Both the position numbers and the translations under genes were made by a program. Shown here piece after piece: positions 29,325 through 38,148 of a stretch of 64,000 nt of DNA. Source of the stretch: an uncultured Candidatus Saccharibacteria bacterium. Its GTDB lineage: Bacteria; Patescibacteriota; Saccharimonadia; Saccharimonadales; UBA10212. Location: NCBI GenBank assembly GCA_965231085.1, contig OZ246413.1:155991-219990 (forward strand), in the 5' to 3' direction. The notes beneath the pieces were generated by a model, which searched no databases, was not told the origin of the DNA, and saw only the letters and a program-made list of their open reading frames with translations. Each line of letters opens with the position of its first letter. Within the stretch, counting starts at the first letter, position 1.

Positions 29325-31952
29325 ATGGCTCTAATCAATAAAAAACTTATAAAACGAGTCTTGGGCGATCCTCAGGCTGCAACCGTAAAACGACTGCGCA
29401 AGCGAGCGGAGATTATCAATGGTCTTGGTGACAAATACAAAAAAATGTCTGACTCCGAGTTGCGCAGCCAAACGGATGTCCTAAAGAAAAAGCTGGCCAG
29501 CGGTAAAAAGCTGGATGATATTTTGCCTGATGCCTTTGCAGTTGTACGTGAGGCGGCCACCAGAACGTTAAAACAAAGGCACTTTGATGTGCAGCTAATT
29601 GGTGGGATGGTTCTACACGAGGGCAAAGTGGCTGAGATGAAAACCGGCGAAGGTAAAACCCTAGTTGCGACACTGCCAGTGTATTTAAACGCTCTGGAAG
29701 GCAAAGGTGTTCATGTAGTTACCGTCAACGACTACCTGGCCCAGCGTGATGCCGGATGGATGGGGCAGATTTATAATTTCTTGGGTCTCACAACGGGTGT
29801 GATTATCCCTGAGGAATCTTATGTTTTTGACGCAAAATACAAAAACGAAAAACATTTTGACGAACGGATGAAGCATTTAAAACCATCTACGCGCCAAGAA
29901 GCCTACGCCGCAGACATTACCTATGGTACGAACAACGAATTCGGTTTTGATTACCTACGCGACAATATGGTGCGTGAAACCGACCAGCTTCGCCAACGCG
30001 ACCTTCATTATGCCATTGTCGACGAAGTGGATAGTATTCTAATTGACGAAGCCCGTACCCCGCTAATTATTAGCGCTCCGGCCACAGCCAGCGGAGCGTC
30101 TTACGCCCAGTTTTCCAAAGTAGTTAGGAACCTAAAGGAGACCGAGCATTACGAGAAAGATGAAAAACGCAGGAGTGTAATTTTAACAGATGCCGGCGTT
30201 GAGCTGGTTGAAAAAATCTTAGGTATTACAAGCTTATATGCTACCGAAAATTTGCGTACTATTTATCACCTAGAGCAAGCGTTGAAAGCCCAGGTGCTAT
30301 TTCATAGAGACAAAGACTACGTAGTAACCAAAGAGGGCGAGATTGTAATCGTAGATGATTTTACCGGACGCTTACTAAAAGGTCGCCGGTACAACGAGGG
30401 TCTGCACCAGGCTATTGAGGCCAAAGAAGGAGTAGAAGTACAAGAAGAATCGATGACGCTAGCTACAATTTCTTTCCAGAATTATTTCAGACTATATAAC
30501 AAACTGGCTGGTATGACTGGGACAGCTATGACCGAGAGCGAAGAGTTCCACCAAATATACAAACTCGACGTTATAGAAGTGCCAGCTAACCGCCAAATTA
30601 TCAGAAAAGACTTGCCGGACAGAATCTATAAAACGGAAGCCGGAAAATTCAAAGCCATAGCTAGAGAAGTAGAGGAGCTATATAAAAAAGGCCAACCAGT
30701 TCTACTTGGCACAGTTAGTATCGAAAAAAATGAACACCTAAGCCGGCTGTTAAAAGCTGCCAAAATCCCTCACGAGATCTTGAATGCTAAGAACAATGAA
30801 AAAGAAGCAGCGATTGTTGCAAAAGCCGGTAATAAAAAAGCGGTAACGTTAGCTACTAACATTGCTGGTCGTGGTACGGACATTGTGCTTGGTGAGGGCG
30901 TAAAAGAGCTCGGCGGTTTATTTGTGCTTGGTACTGAGCGCCATGAATCACGTCGCATCGATAACCAGCTCAGAGGACGAGCCGGCCGCCAAGGTGACCC
31001 AGGCGCGACTCAGTTCTATGTATCAACCGAGGACGACCTAATGCGTATTTACGGTGGCGAAAGAATTGGCGCCATTATGGATCGCCTAAAGGTAGCTGAT
31101 GATACGCCAATTGAAAGCCGCATGATTACTAAAAGCCTGGAAGGCGCCCAAAAGAAAGTTGAAGGCTTTAACTTTGATATGCGTAAAAACGTTGTCCAGT
31201 ATGACGACGTTATGAACCGTCACCGTCGAGCCATTTATGCTATGCGCCGCGAAGTTCTAAAAGCCGAAGACATTAGCCCGCGTATTAAAAAGTTCATCGA
31301 TGAGGAGGCCGAATGGTTGGCCATGCATCCAGAATCAGCCTCCGAAAATTATGAGGCTATTCTAACCGAAACATTTCCGTTGGATGATAAAACCCTAGAT
31401 AAGTTATTTGATGTCGAAGCTGATAAGTTTAAAGAAGAGTTACAGAAGGCTGCCCACAAGCACTACAAAGACCAAGAAAAGAAATTCACCGCCGAGGTAA
31501 TGCGCAAAGTAGAGCGCGATATATACTTACAGGTTCTGGATAACCTCTGGATGCAACATTTAGAAAACATGGATCACCTAAGAGAAGGCATCCATTGGAT
31601 AAGTGTTGGCCAGCGCGACCCGCTAGTTGAATATCGCCGCCAAGGTCAGAAGATATTTGAAGAAATGCAGGCTGAGCTTCGACATGAAATTGTTCGAGGC
31701 GTATCACACGCCCAGCCGGTGGATGCTGACGCGACCTTATCGTCGGCGGTTGATACAGAACTAACCCGGGCAGCTAAAAGTTCAGTCGACAACGCTGATA
31801 GGATTGTCGAAGCAGAAGTTTACGATGAGTCTGACTTTAAGCCGCTAGCTGACGAGCAGGCCAAACAAGCTCGTTTGCATGCCGAGCGTAAGAAGGCTCG
31901 CAAGGCCGAACGTCAACGCAAGAAGCAAACTAAGAAAAAGAAACGGAAGTAG
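29325..31952 (+). CDS. secA: Preprotein translocase ATPase SecA
   Basis: 875 aa with MKTGEGKTLV, DEVDSILIDEARTPLIIS and TNIAGRGTDI motifs and a basic C-terminal tail. Confidence 0.95.
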   Translation: MALINKKLIKRVLGDPQAATVKRLRKRAEIINGLGDKYKKMSDSELRSQTDVLKKKLASGKKLDDILPDAFAVVREAATRTLKQRHFDVQLIGGMVLHEGKVAEMKTGEGKTLVATLPVYLNALEGKGVHVVTVNDYLAQRDAGWMGQIYNFLGLTTGVIIPEESYVFDAKYKNEKHFDERMKHLKPSTRQEAYAADITYGTNNEFGFDYLRDNMVRETDQLRQRDLHYAIVDEVDSILIDEARTPLIISAPATASGASYAQFSKVVRNLKETEHYEKDEKRRSVILTDAGVELVEKILGITSLYATENLRTIYHLEQALKAQVLFHRDKDYVVTKEGEIVIVDDFTGRLLKGRRYNEGLHQAIEAKEGVEVQEESMTLATISFQNYFRLYNKLAGMTGTAMTESEEFHQIYKLDVIEVPANRQIIRKDLPDRIYKTEAGKFKAIAREVEELYKKGQPVLLGTVSIEKNEHLSRLLKAAKIPHEILNAKNNEKEAAIVAKAGNKKAVTLATNIAGRGTDIVLGEGVKELGGLFVLGTERHESRRIDNQLRGRAGRQGDPGATQFYVSTEDDLMRIYGGERIGAIMDRLKVADDTPIESRMITKSLEGAQKKVEGFNFDMRKNVVQYDDVMNRHRRAIYAMRREVLKAEDISPRIKKFIDEEAEWLAMHPESASENYEAILTETFPLDDKTLDKLFDVEADKFKEELQKAAHKHYKDQEKKFTAEVMRKVERDIYLQVLDNLWMQHLENMDHLREGIHWISVGQRDPLVEYRRQGQKIFEEMQAELRHEIVRGVSHAQPVDADATLSSAVDTELTRAAKSSVDNADRIVEAEVYDESDFKPLADEQAKQARLHAERKKARKAERQRKKQTKKKKRK

Positions 31953-31953
31953 A

Positions 31954-33246
31954 GTGATTCATACAAGCAAAGAGGTAGAACTGAAAAATGGTGCTCACGG
32001 AATATTAATTGATGTTCCCGGCGCAACTGTCATGGATTTTGAGTTTAACTTTAGAGCCGGCGAATATCTGGTTGATAGAACCAAATGGGAAGTCCCGCAT
32101 TTGATGGAACACGTACTACTGGGGGCAAACAGACTAATTCCAAAAGCCAGACTATTCCAGGCCGAGTTCGAAAAAAACGGCGCAGGTAATAATGCTAGCA
32201 CTGGCTTGTATCACATAACCTACGAGGCCGAATGTGCCGACTTTGAGTGGGAAAGAATATTGGACTTAATGCTTACGGCGATTAGTAAGCCTCTTTTTTT
32301 GCGCGATGAATTTAAGGCCGAGTTTGGCAATGTTAAAGATGAGCTAACTGCCAGGAGTAATAATCATTTTAGAACTTTAAGCCTAGCGGCCAGGGAGGCC
32401 CATGGTCTAATCGCCATGAGTGACCGTGAACGGCTAAAACAGATCAAGAATGTTCGCCTTAAAGACATCAAAGATCATTACGAGGCGACTCATACAACTC
32501 GCAACATGCGGTTTGTTGTAGCCGGTAATCTTGCTGGTCGAGAGACAGAAGTTATGAAAATGCTAGAGGCCGTCGACCTACCTAAAGGCCGCTCGGTTAT
32601 AGAACTGCCCGATGAAAGGCCTTTGAACCTAGATAACCCGGTATTCGTGGCCCGGCCGTCCGTTAAAAACGTTTATTTTGACCTCGATACTTTTGCCTTA
32701 AAAAGATTCTCTGACGAAGACATGGACGCCCTAGAACTAGTTAACGGAATGTTAACAGCTACGCTATATTCTAGGATCCTGGGCGAAGCTAGGGAGAAAG
32801 GGCTAGTGTACAGCATGGGTTCTGGCGTAGAAGTTATGAAGAATGCTACCGAGTGGTGGTTTAGCGCTCAAGTGATTGCCAAGAACGCACCGGCTCTATT
32901 TGAGATTATTGTTCGCGAGATTCAAAGGGTACGAGCTGGTGATATAAGCGACGAAGATCTGGACGCAGCTAAACAATATTGGCTTGGTCGTCATCAGCGC
33001 AGCGCTCAGACAGTATCTGGGACACTATCAGGTTACTCTAACCGTTACTATTTTGACGGGGTAGTAAACGACTATAATGCCATACCTGATCGAATTAAAG
33101 CCGTTACTAAAGAGCGAATCGTAAAGGTTGCCAACGAGATGTTCGCTGATAATGTTGGAGGATTGAGTGTGCTGGGCGGCGGCGGGCGCAGCCGCGAACT
33201 AACCGAAAAGCTAAATAGTATGATTCAGCCTCTATGGAAGAGCTAA
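31954..33246 (+). CDS. M16 (pitrilysin/insulinase) family peptidase
   Basis: HxxEH motif (HLMEH). GTG at 31954, just after the secA stop, is preferred to the overlapping 31879 start. Confidence 0.7.
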   Translation: MIHTSKEVELKNGAHGILIDVPGATVMDFEFNFRAGEYLVDRTKWEVPHLMEHVLLGANRLIPKARLFQAEFEKNGAGNNASTGLYHITYEAECADFEWERILDLMLTAISKPLFLRDEFKAEFGNVKDELTARSNNHFRTLSLAAREAHGLIAMSDRERLKQIKNVRLKDIKDHYEATHTTRNMRFVVAGNLAGRETEVMKMLEAVDLPKGRSVIELPDERPLNLDNPVFVARPSVKNVYFDLDTFALKRFSDEDMDALELVNGMLTATLYSRILGEAREKGLVYSMGSGVEVMKNATEWWFSAQVIAKNAPALFEIIVREIQRVRAGDISDEDLDAAKQYWLGRHQRSAQTVSGTLSGYSNRYYFDGVVNDYNAIPDRIKAVTKERIVKVANEMFADNVGGLSVLGGGGRSRELTEKLNSMIQPLWKS

Positions 33247-34313
33247 GCAAAAAAGCCAAAGACCTGCAGACCCAGATTAATCAGGCAGCTGACAAGATCG
33301 AACTAGATAAATTAATCGCTGAACAACAAGCCCTTCAAAATAAAATGAAGCAGCCTGACTTTTGGTCAGATAATAAAATTGCCCAGGATATTAGTAAGAA
33401 GGAAGCGGGTTTAACAAAACGGGTTGAGCCCTGGCTGGCTCTTAAAGAGGCTATTGAGGAAATACAAGAACTAATTGCACTAAACGATGAGACTACCAAA
33501 ACCGAAATTTCAAACAATTTAGAGCAACTAGATCAAAACTTTAACAGCTTAAAAAAAGAGTTACAATTTAGCGGCCCATATGATGAGCGTGATGTAATTT
33601 TGAGCATTCATGCCGGGGCGGGTGGCACTGACGCCCAAGACTGGGCCGAGATGTTGATGCGAATGTACTTGCGGTGGGCAGAAAGCCAAGGCTTAAAAAC
33701 CGTAGTGGTTGATGAGTCTAAGGGCGAGGAGGCAGGTATAAAAAGTGTAACCCTAGAGCTTAGTGGCGGTAGCTTCTTGTACGGTAAATTAGCTGGTGAG
33801 CACGGTGTTCACCGATTAGTTCGGCTTAGTCCATTCAACTCTGATAATTTGCGTCAAACTAGCTTTGCTAAGGTAGAAGTAACACCAATTATAGACAAAC
33901 CTGAAGATCTAGAGCTAGACGAAAAGGATCTGAAGATAGATGTTTATCGAGCTGGTGGTCATGGTGGCCAATCTGTAAATACTACTGATTCAGCGGTCCG
34001 CATTACTCATATTCCAACGGGTATTACAGTGGCCATCCAAAATGAGAGGTCACAGCTACAAAACAAAGAAATGGCCATGACTATATTGCGTTCCAAATTG
34101 GCGCAATTACAGATGGAGCAACACGCCGACAACGTGGCACAAATAAAAGGGCCCAATCAGTCGGCCGAGTGGGGCAATCAGATTAGGAGTTACGTTATTC
34201 ACCCCTATAAACAGGTTAAAGACTTACGTACTGGCTATGAAACCAGTGATCCTCAGAAACTGCTAGACGGCGATCTGTCACCTCTGATAGATGCCTGGTT
34301 GGAACACTCTTAG
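33234..34313 (+). CDS. prfB: Peptide chain release factor 2, uninterrupted (no +1 frameshift site)
   Basis: SPF tripeptide, GGQ motif, single 359-aa ORF. Confidence 0.9.
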   Translation: MEELSKKAKDLQTQINQAADKIELDKLIAEQQALQNKMKQPDFWSDNKIAQDISKKEAGLTKRVEPWLALKEAIEEIQELIALNDETTKTEISNNLEQLDQNFNSLKKELQFSGPYDERDVILSIHAGAGGTDAQDWAEMLMRMYLRWAESQGLKTVVVDESKGEEAGIKSVTLELSGGSFLYGKLAGEHGVHRLVRLSPFNSDNLRQTSFAKVEVTPIIDKPEDLELDEKDLKIDVYRAGGHGGQSVNTTDSAVRITHIPTGITVAIQNERSQLQNKEMAMTILRSKLAQLQMEQHADNVAQIKGPNQSAEWGNQIRSYVIHPYKQVKDLRTGYETSDPQKLLDGDLSPLIDAWLEHS

Positions 34314-34318
34314 AAGTA

Positions 34319-34347
34319 TTGACAATTCTAAGCATAAGTAGTATAAT
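34319..34347 (+). promoter_or_regulatory. Perfect-consensus sigma70 promoter upstream of cassette I3
   Basis: TTGACA (34319-34324), a 17-nt spacer, then TATAAT (34342-34347). Confidence 0.6.
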
Positions 34348-34512
34348 AGCGCGGTATTTTGGTTGAGGTGTTAAATACCTCCCAAAATCGCAATTTGACA
34401 GAGTAGATTAGATTTCATGAAGTGTTTACTGCTTATTGCTCGCCATATTTGGTGGGCGTTAAGCAGTAAATACACCTGTCCAAACACTACGCCTTAAGGA
34501 GGCGCTAGTTTC
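34348..34512 (+). promoter_or_regulatory. Structured leader of about 165 nt for the I3 gene
   Basis: Hairpin 34356-34388 (attttgg..gaggt / acctc..ccaaaat). Hairpin 34425-34470 (11-bp stem tttactgctta/taagcagtaaa). SD AAGGAGG at 34496-34502. Confidence 0.45.
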
Positions 34513-35124
34513 ATGTCCGACAACTGCAAGGTCATCGTCCTGCTCGGCGTCGGCCAGGACTCCCGCAACTTCTTCCGCGAGCTCAAGTTCTTCATGGGCC
34601 ACCGGACGATCCGCCTCATCGACATCGACGTCGCCAAGCTCGGCTCGGGCTGGTCGGAGGATCCGACCTCGCCTGCCATGACGAGCTACATCGACTCGAT
34701 GGTCTACCGGGCCGGCTACTCGCCGACGATGATCGAGTCCTACGGCCACGAGAGCGTCACCGACGTCGTCGTCGACGCCGGCTATCTCTCGGATCAGAAC
34801 GAGCCCGGCGTGTACACCATGCTGTGCACGATCTTCCCGAACGCCAAGATCCTCAAGGATGTCGGTGTCCACCGCACCGACCTCAAGCCGCCGATCTGGC
34901 ACGTCCCGATCGAGGAGCTCGAGATCGGCGTGCCGGCCTACAACAAGCTCAAGCGCGTCGGCATCGAGACCGTCGGCGACCTGATCAGCAAGTCGGCCGA
35001 GGAGCTCGAGGCCAAGAACCTCAAGCTCTCGCCGAAGATGCTCCTCGGCATCCGCGAGGCCCTCGCCAAGCACAAGCTGGCCCTCAAGGGCGAGCAGCCG
35101 TACATGCCCAACGACAAGGTCTAG
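34513..35124 (+). CDS. I3 protein: unknown N-terminal domain fused to an RNA polymerase alpha C-terminal-domain-like HhH module
   Basis: C-terminus PIEELEIGVPAYNKLKRVGIETVGDLISKSAEELEAKNLKLSPKMLLGIREALAKHKLAL is collinear with E. coli alpha-CTD ([26 protein letters not shown]...[20 protein letters not shown]). Codons are GC3-rich. Confidence 0.7.
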   Translation: MSDNCKVIVLLGVGQDSRNFFRELKFFMGHRTIRLIDIDVAKLGSGWSEDPTSPAMTSYIDSMVYRAGYSPTMIESYGHESVTDVVVDAGYLSDQNEPGVYTMLCTIFPNAKILKDVGVHRTDLKPPIWHVPIEELEIGVPAYNKLKRVGIETVGDLISKSAEELEAKNLKLSPKMLLGIREALAKHKLALKGEQPYMPNDKV

Positions 35125-35139
35125 CGCTTACGGGCAATG

Positions 35140-35175
35140 GGTGGTGGGGAACTCTGTAAAGAGAACCCCACCACC
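35140..35175 (+). terminator. GC-rich stem-loop after the I3 ORF
   Basis: Outer stem ggtggtgggg/ccccaccacc with inner ctct/agag. No clear U-tract. Confidence 0.5.
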
Positions 35176-35270
35176 ACACCCATCTACTCTGTCTCTCGAA
35201 CCTAGTTCTAAAGCATTTAGACCTGAGTTTGAGACAAAAAACGTAAGCATCATCTGGTATACTAAATACG

Positions 35271-35960
35271 ATGATTCTTCTCGATAGGGTTAGTAAAACT
35301 TATAACCGCCAGGGCGACGCTCTAGAAAAAATATCTTTGCACGTGGATGCTAAAGAATTTGTAATTATTGTTGGCCCCAGCGGGGCCGGTAAGTCCACTC
35401 TTTTTAAACTTCTAACCCGTGAGGAAAAACCGACAAGCGGCAAAATTATTGTAGGTGGAATCGACTACGAGCAGCTGAAAGATAAAGAAGTGCCATTGTT
35501 GCGCCGCAAGATTGGCGTGGTTTTTCAAGACTTTAAACTGTTACTTAATAAAACTGTTTATGAAAACGTAGCTTTTGCACTGGAAATTGCTGGTATCCCC
35601 AACGCTGAAATTAGACACACTGTACCAAAAGTACTGGAGGTCGTAGGCCTATCTGGTAAGGAAAATAATTATCCACTGGAGTTATCTGGTGGCGAGCGTC
35701 AACGCGTGGCGATTGCCAGAGCTATTGTACGCCAGCCCAAGATTCTAATTGCCGACGAGCCGACCGGTAACCTAGACCCCAAACATGCCTGGGATGTCAT
35801 AAAAGTGCTAGAGAAGGTTAACCAATTCGGCACCACGGTGCTGCTTACCACGCACAACATGGAAATTGTTAATGCCCTAAAGCGCCGAGTTGTAACTATC
35901 CAAGATGGCAAAATAGTTTCTGACAAAGCTGTTGGCCAGTACAAAGGGGCGGGTAAGTGA
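35271..35960 (+). CDS. ftsE: Cell-division ABC ATPase FtsE
   Basis: Walker A GPSGAGKST, signature LSGGERQR, and ftsX downstream. Confidence 0.9.
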   Translation: MILLDRVSKTYNRQGDALEKISLHVDAKEFVIIVGPSGAGKSTLFKLLTREEKPTSGKIIVGGIDYEQLKDKEVPLLRRKIGVVFQDFKLLLNKTVYENVAFALEIAGIPNAEIRHTVPKVLEVVGLSGKENNYPLELSGGERQRVAIARAIVRQPKILIADEPTGNLDPKHAWDVIKVLEKVNQFGTTVLLTTHNMEIVNALKRRVVTIQDGKIVSDKAVGQYKGAGK

Positions 35961-36904
35961 AAGACAAGGACCACAGATTTATAACCTTAGAGCGCATTTT
36001 AAAAAACGGCGCTGTTAACTTTACGCGCAATGTTTGGCTGTCGATTGCCGCCATTGCCATGATGACCATCACCCTAACTATCTTGCTTTTTGCGGTTGTG
36101 GCTAACGCTACTTTTAGCCACACGGTAAATGACTTAACTAGCAAGATCGATGTTTCGGTTTACCTTAAAGATTCAGTAACGACTGCCCAAAAAGATAGTC
36201 TTGTTAGCCAGCTTTATAAAATTAGCAATGTAAAAACTGTGCAATATCTGAATAAAGACCAGGTGTTGGCAAATTACGAGAAAACTAACGCCGGCAATAC
36301 CTTGCTCTTGTCGGCAATATCACAAACCGATAACCCGCTATCGGCCGAACTACACATAACGCCTAAAGACCCAAACCAACTAGGCTCAATTAAAACCTTC
36401 CTGGATCGAACCGACATAACAGCTCTTCAGTCGGATCCTACCAGCTACTCCGGGGATAGAAAAACCGCCATCGACAACATTACTCGAGCTACCCACTTTT
36501 TTAAGCAAGCTGGAGTAGTTGGGATTGGTGTGTTTATGGTTATATCAATCCTTATAATTTTGAACACTATCCGAATGGCAATTTTTAACCGACGCGACGA
36601 ACTGATAATTATGCGCCTGCTTGGTGCCAGCACTAGCTATATCCGTGGACCGTTTATTGTCGAAACAATGATGTACGGAATTGCGGCAGCACTTATTTCC
36701 GTTGGCCTTTGTGCTGGGTTGTTTAAGATTGCTGCAACAACCCTGCAAGCTAGCAGCCTCGGACTACTCGATATCAAGTATTCAGACAACTTCTTTACCT
36801 CCCATCTTTTACTAATCCTAGGGACCCAGGTTGGTATTGGTATAATAATAGGTGCGGTTTCCTCACTTATTGCTACTCGCCGCTACCTAAAATCTTCTAG
36901 ATAA
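35957..36904 (+). CDS. ftsX: Cell-division permease-like protein FtsX
   Basis: 4-TM topology with a large first extracytoplasmic loop. Overlaps the ftsE stop. Confidence 0.85.
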   Translation: MKDKDHRFITLERILKNGAVNFTRNVWLSIAAIAMMTITLTILLFAVVANATFSHTVNDLTSKIDVSVYLKDSVTTAQKDSLVSQLYKISNVKTVQYLNKDQVLANYEKTNAGNTLLLSAISQTDNPLSAELHITPKDPNQLGSIKTFLDRTDITALQSDPTSYSGDRKTAIDNITRATHFFKQAGVVGIGVFMVISILIILNTIRMAIFNRRDELIIMRLLGASTSYIRGPFIVETMMYGIAAALISVGLCAGLFKIAATTLQASSLGLLDIKYSDNFFTSHLLLILGTQVGIGIIIGAVSSLIATRRYLKSSR

Positions 36905-36957
36905 AAACAAAATATAACAACCAATCAAACTTGAAATATGCAAGGGGTGGGTATATC

Positions 36958-38094
36958 ATGAAACTGTTAATGCTAAAACAAAAATTACCAACAATTACTA
37001 GATTTAGGCTGTTTGCCGTCACGGCAATTATTTTGATATTTGGCTTCCCGATTGTTCACGCTGATCAATTCGATGAACAGATCAAAGCACTGCAGCAACA
37101 AAACAGTGCCAATTCCGCGCAGGCCAGTTCGCTAGCAGCACAGGCTAGCAGTTATGAAGACGCTATAAACAGGCTAGAAGCTCAGATTAACAGTCTGCAG
37201 CAGAGCATTGTGAGTACCCAAAACAAGATAGACGATCTTAACAATCAGATTACAATAGCCGAAGCCGATCTCGCCCAGCAAAAAAAAGTACTTGGTGAAA
37301 ATATAAAGGCTATGTATCTAGAAGGTGATATTTCGGCACTGGAGGTTCTAGCTTCAAGTAAAAACCTGAGTGACTTTGTTGACAAGCAGCAAAACCGAAA
37401 TGCTGTACAGTCTAAAGTAGCAGCCACCCTTACAAAGATTAATGATCTAAAGGCTCAATTGGTTCAGCAGCAAAAGGAGCAAAATGGCCTCTTAAGCAAT
37501 CTGCAGGGCCAGCGGGCGCAGGTTCAAGCCTCGGAAAATCAGCAGGCTAGTTTACTGAGTTTTACTCAAGCTCAGAAGGCATCTTATGATCAGCAAATAA
37601 AATCAAACAATACCCAAATTGCGAGCCTGCGAGCCCAGCAGGCTGCGGCTAATGCCAGGTTGTTTGCTGGTGCTAACGTTGTTCTTGGTTCGGCTTGTGA
37701 TACCGCACATGGTGATACTTATCCATCGCCCTGGTGCTCTTCATATCAAGATAGCATGCTTGATAGCTGGGGAATGCTGAACCGCGAATGTGTAAGCTAT
37801 ACAGCCTGGAAGGTAGCCGAGAGTGGTCGATTTATGCCTTACTGGGGTGGTGTTGGCAACGCTAATCAGTGGGATGAGGACGCCATAGCTGATGGTATTC
37901 CGGTAGATGGTACCCCAAGGGCCGGCGATGTAGCTATAAAGAACTCACAGCCTTACGGGCACGCTATGTATGTCGAGTCGGTTAATGGTGACGGAACAAT
38001 TAATATCAGCCAGTATAACGCCAACTTAGACGGCCGATACTCCCAGGTTTATAACTTATCGCCGAGCGGTTTGGTGTTTATACATTTTCCGTAG
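36958..38094 (+). CDS. Coiled-coil + CHAP-domain peptidoglycan hydrolase (PcsB-like)
   Basis: Signal/TM segment, then a long Q/A-rich coiled coil. C-terminal CHAP signature CVSYTAWKV...GHAMYVE. Confidence 0.75.
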   Translation: MKLLMLKQKLPTITRFRLFAVTAIILIFGFPIVHADQFDEQIKALQQQNSANSAQASSLAAQASSYEDAINRLEAQINSLQQSIVSTQNKIDDLNNQITIAEADLAQQKKVLGENIKAMYLEGDISALEVLASSKNLSDFVDKQQNRNAVQSKVAATLTKINDLKAQLVQQQKEQNGLLSNLQGQRAQVQASENQQASLLSFTQAQKASYDQQIKSNNTQIASLRAQQAAANARLFAGANVVLGSACDTAHGDTYPSPWCSSYQDSMLDSWGMLNRECVSYTAWKVAESGRFMPYWGGVGNANQWDEDAIADGIPVDGTPRAGDVAIKNSQPYGHAMYVESVNGDGTINISQYNANLDGRYSQVYNLSPSGLVFIHFP

Positions 38095-38148
38095 TTTATA
38101 ATATTACTTAAACGCTGATGAAAGAGCAGTAAAATAGCTACTGAGACT

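Larger units (their letters stand above)
34397..35193 (+). mobile_element. Candidate inverted-repeat-bounded cassette (I3); no transposase present
   Basis: Perfect 12-bp inverted repeats GACAGAGTAGAT (34397-34408) and ATCTACTCTGTC (35182-35193) bracket one ORF and its hairpin. Confidence 0.3.

Noticed and set aside
33234-33330. Programmed +1 frameshift site in prfB
   Set aside because: RF2 reads as one uninterrupted 359-aa ORF from its N-terminus, with no CTT TGA-type shift site needed.
34459-35159. 204-aa antisense ORF and 111-aa +2-frame ORF over I3
   Set aside because: The products are repetitive (LELLGRLADQV..., RRPDQQ...). The sense frame has the alpha-CTD-like homology.
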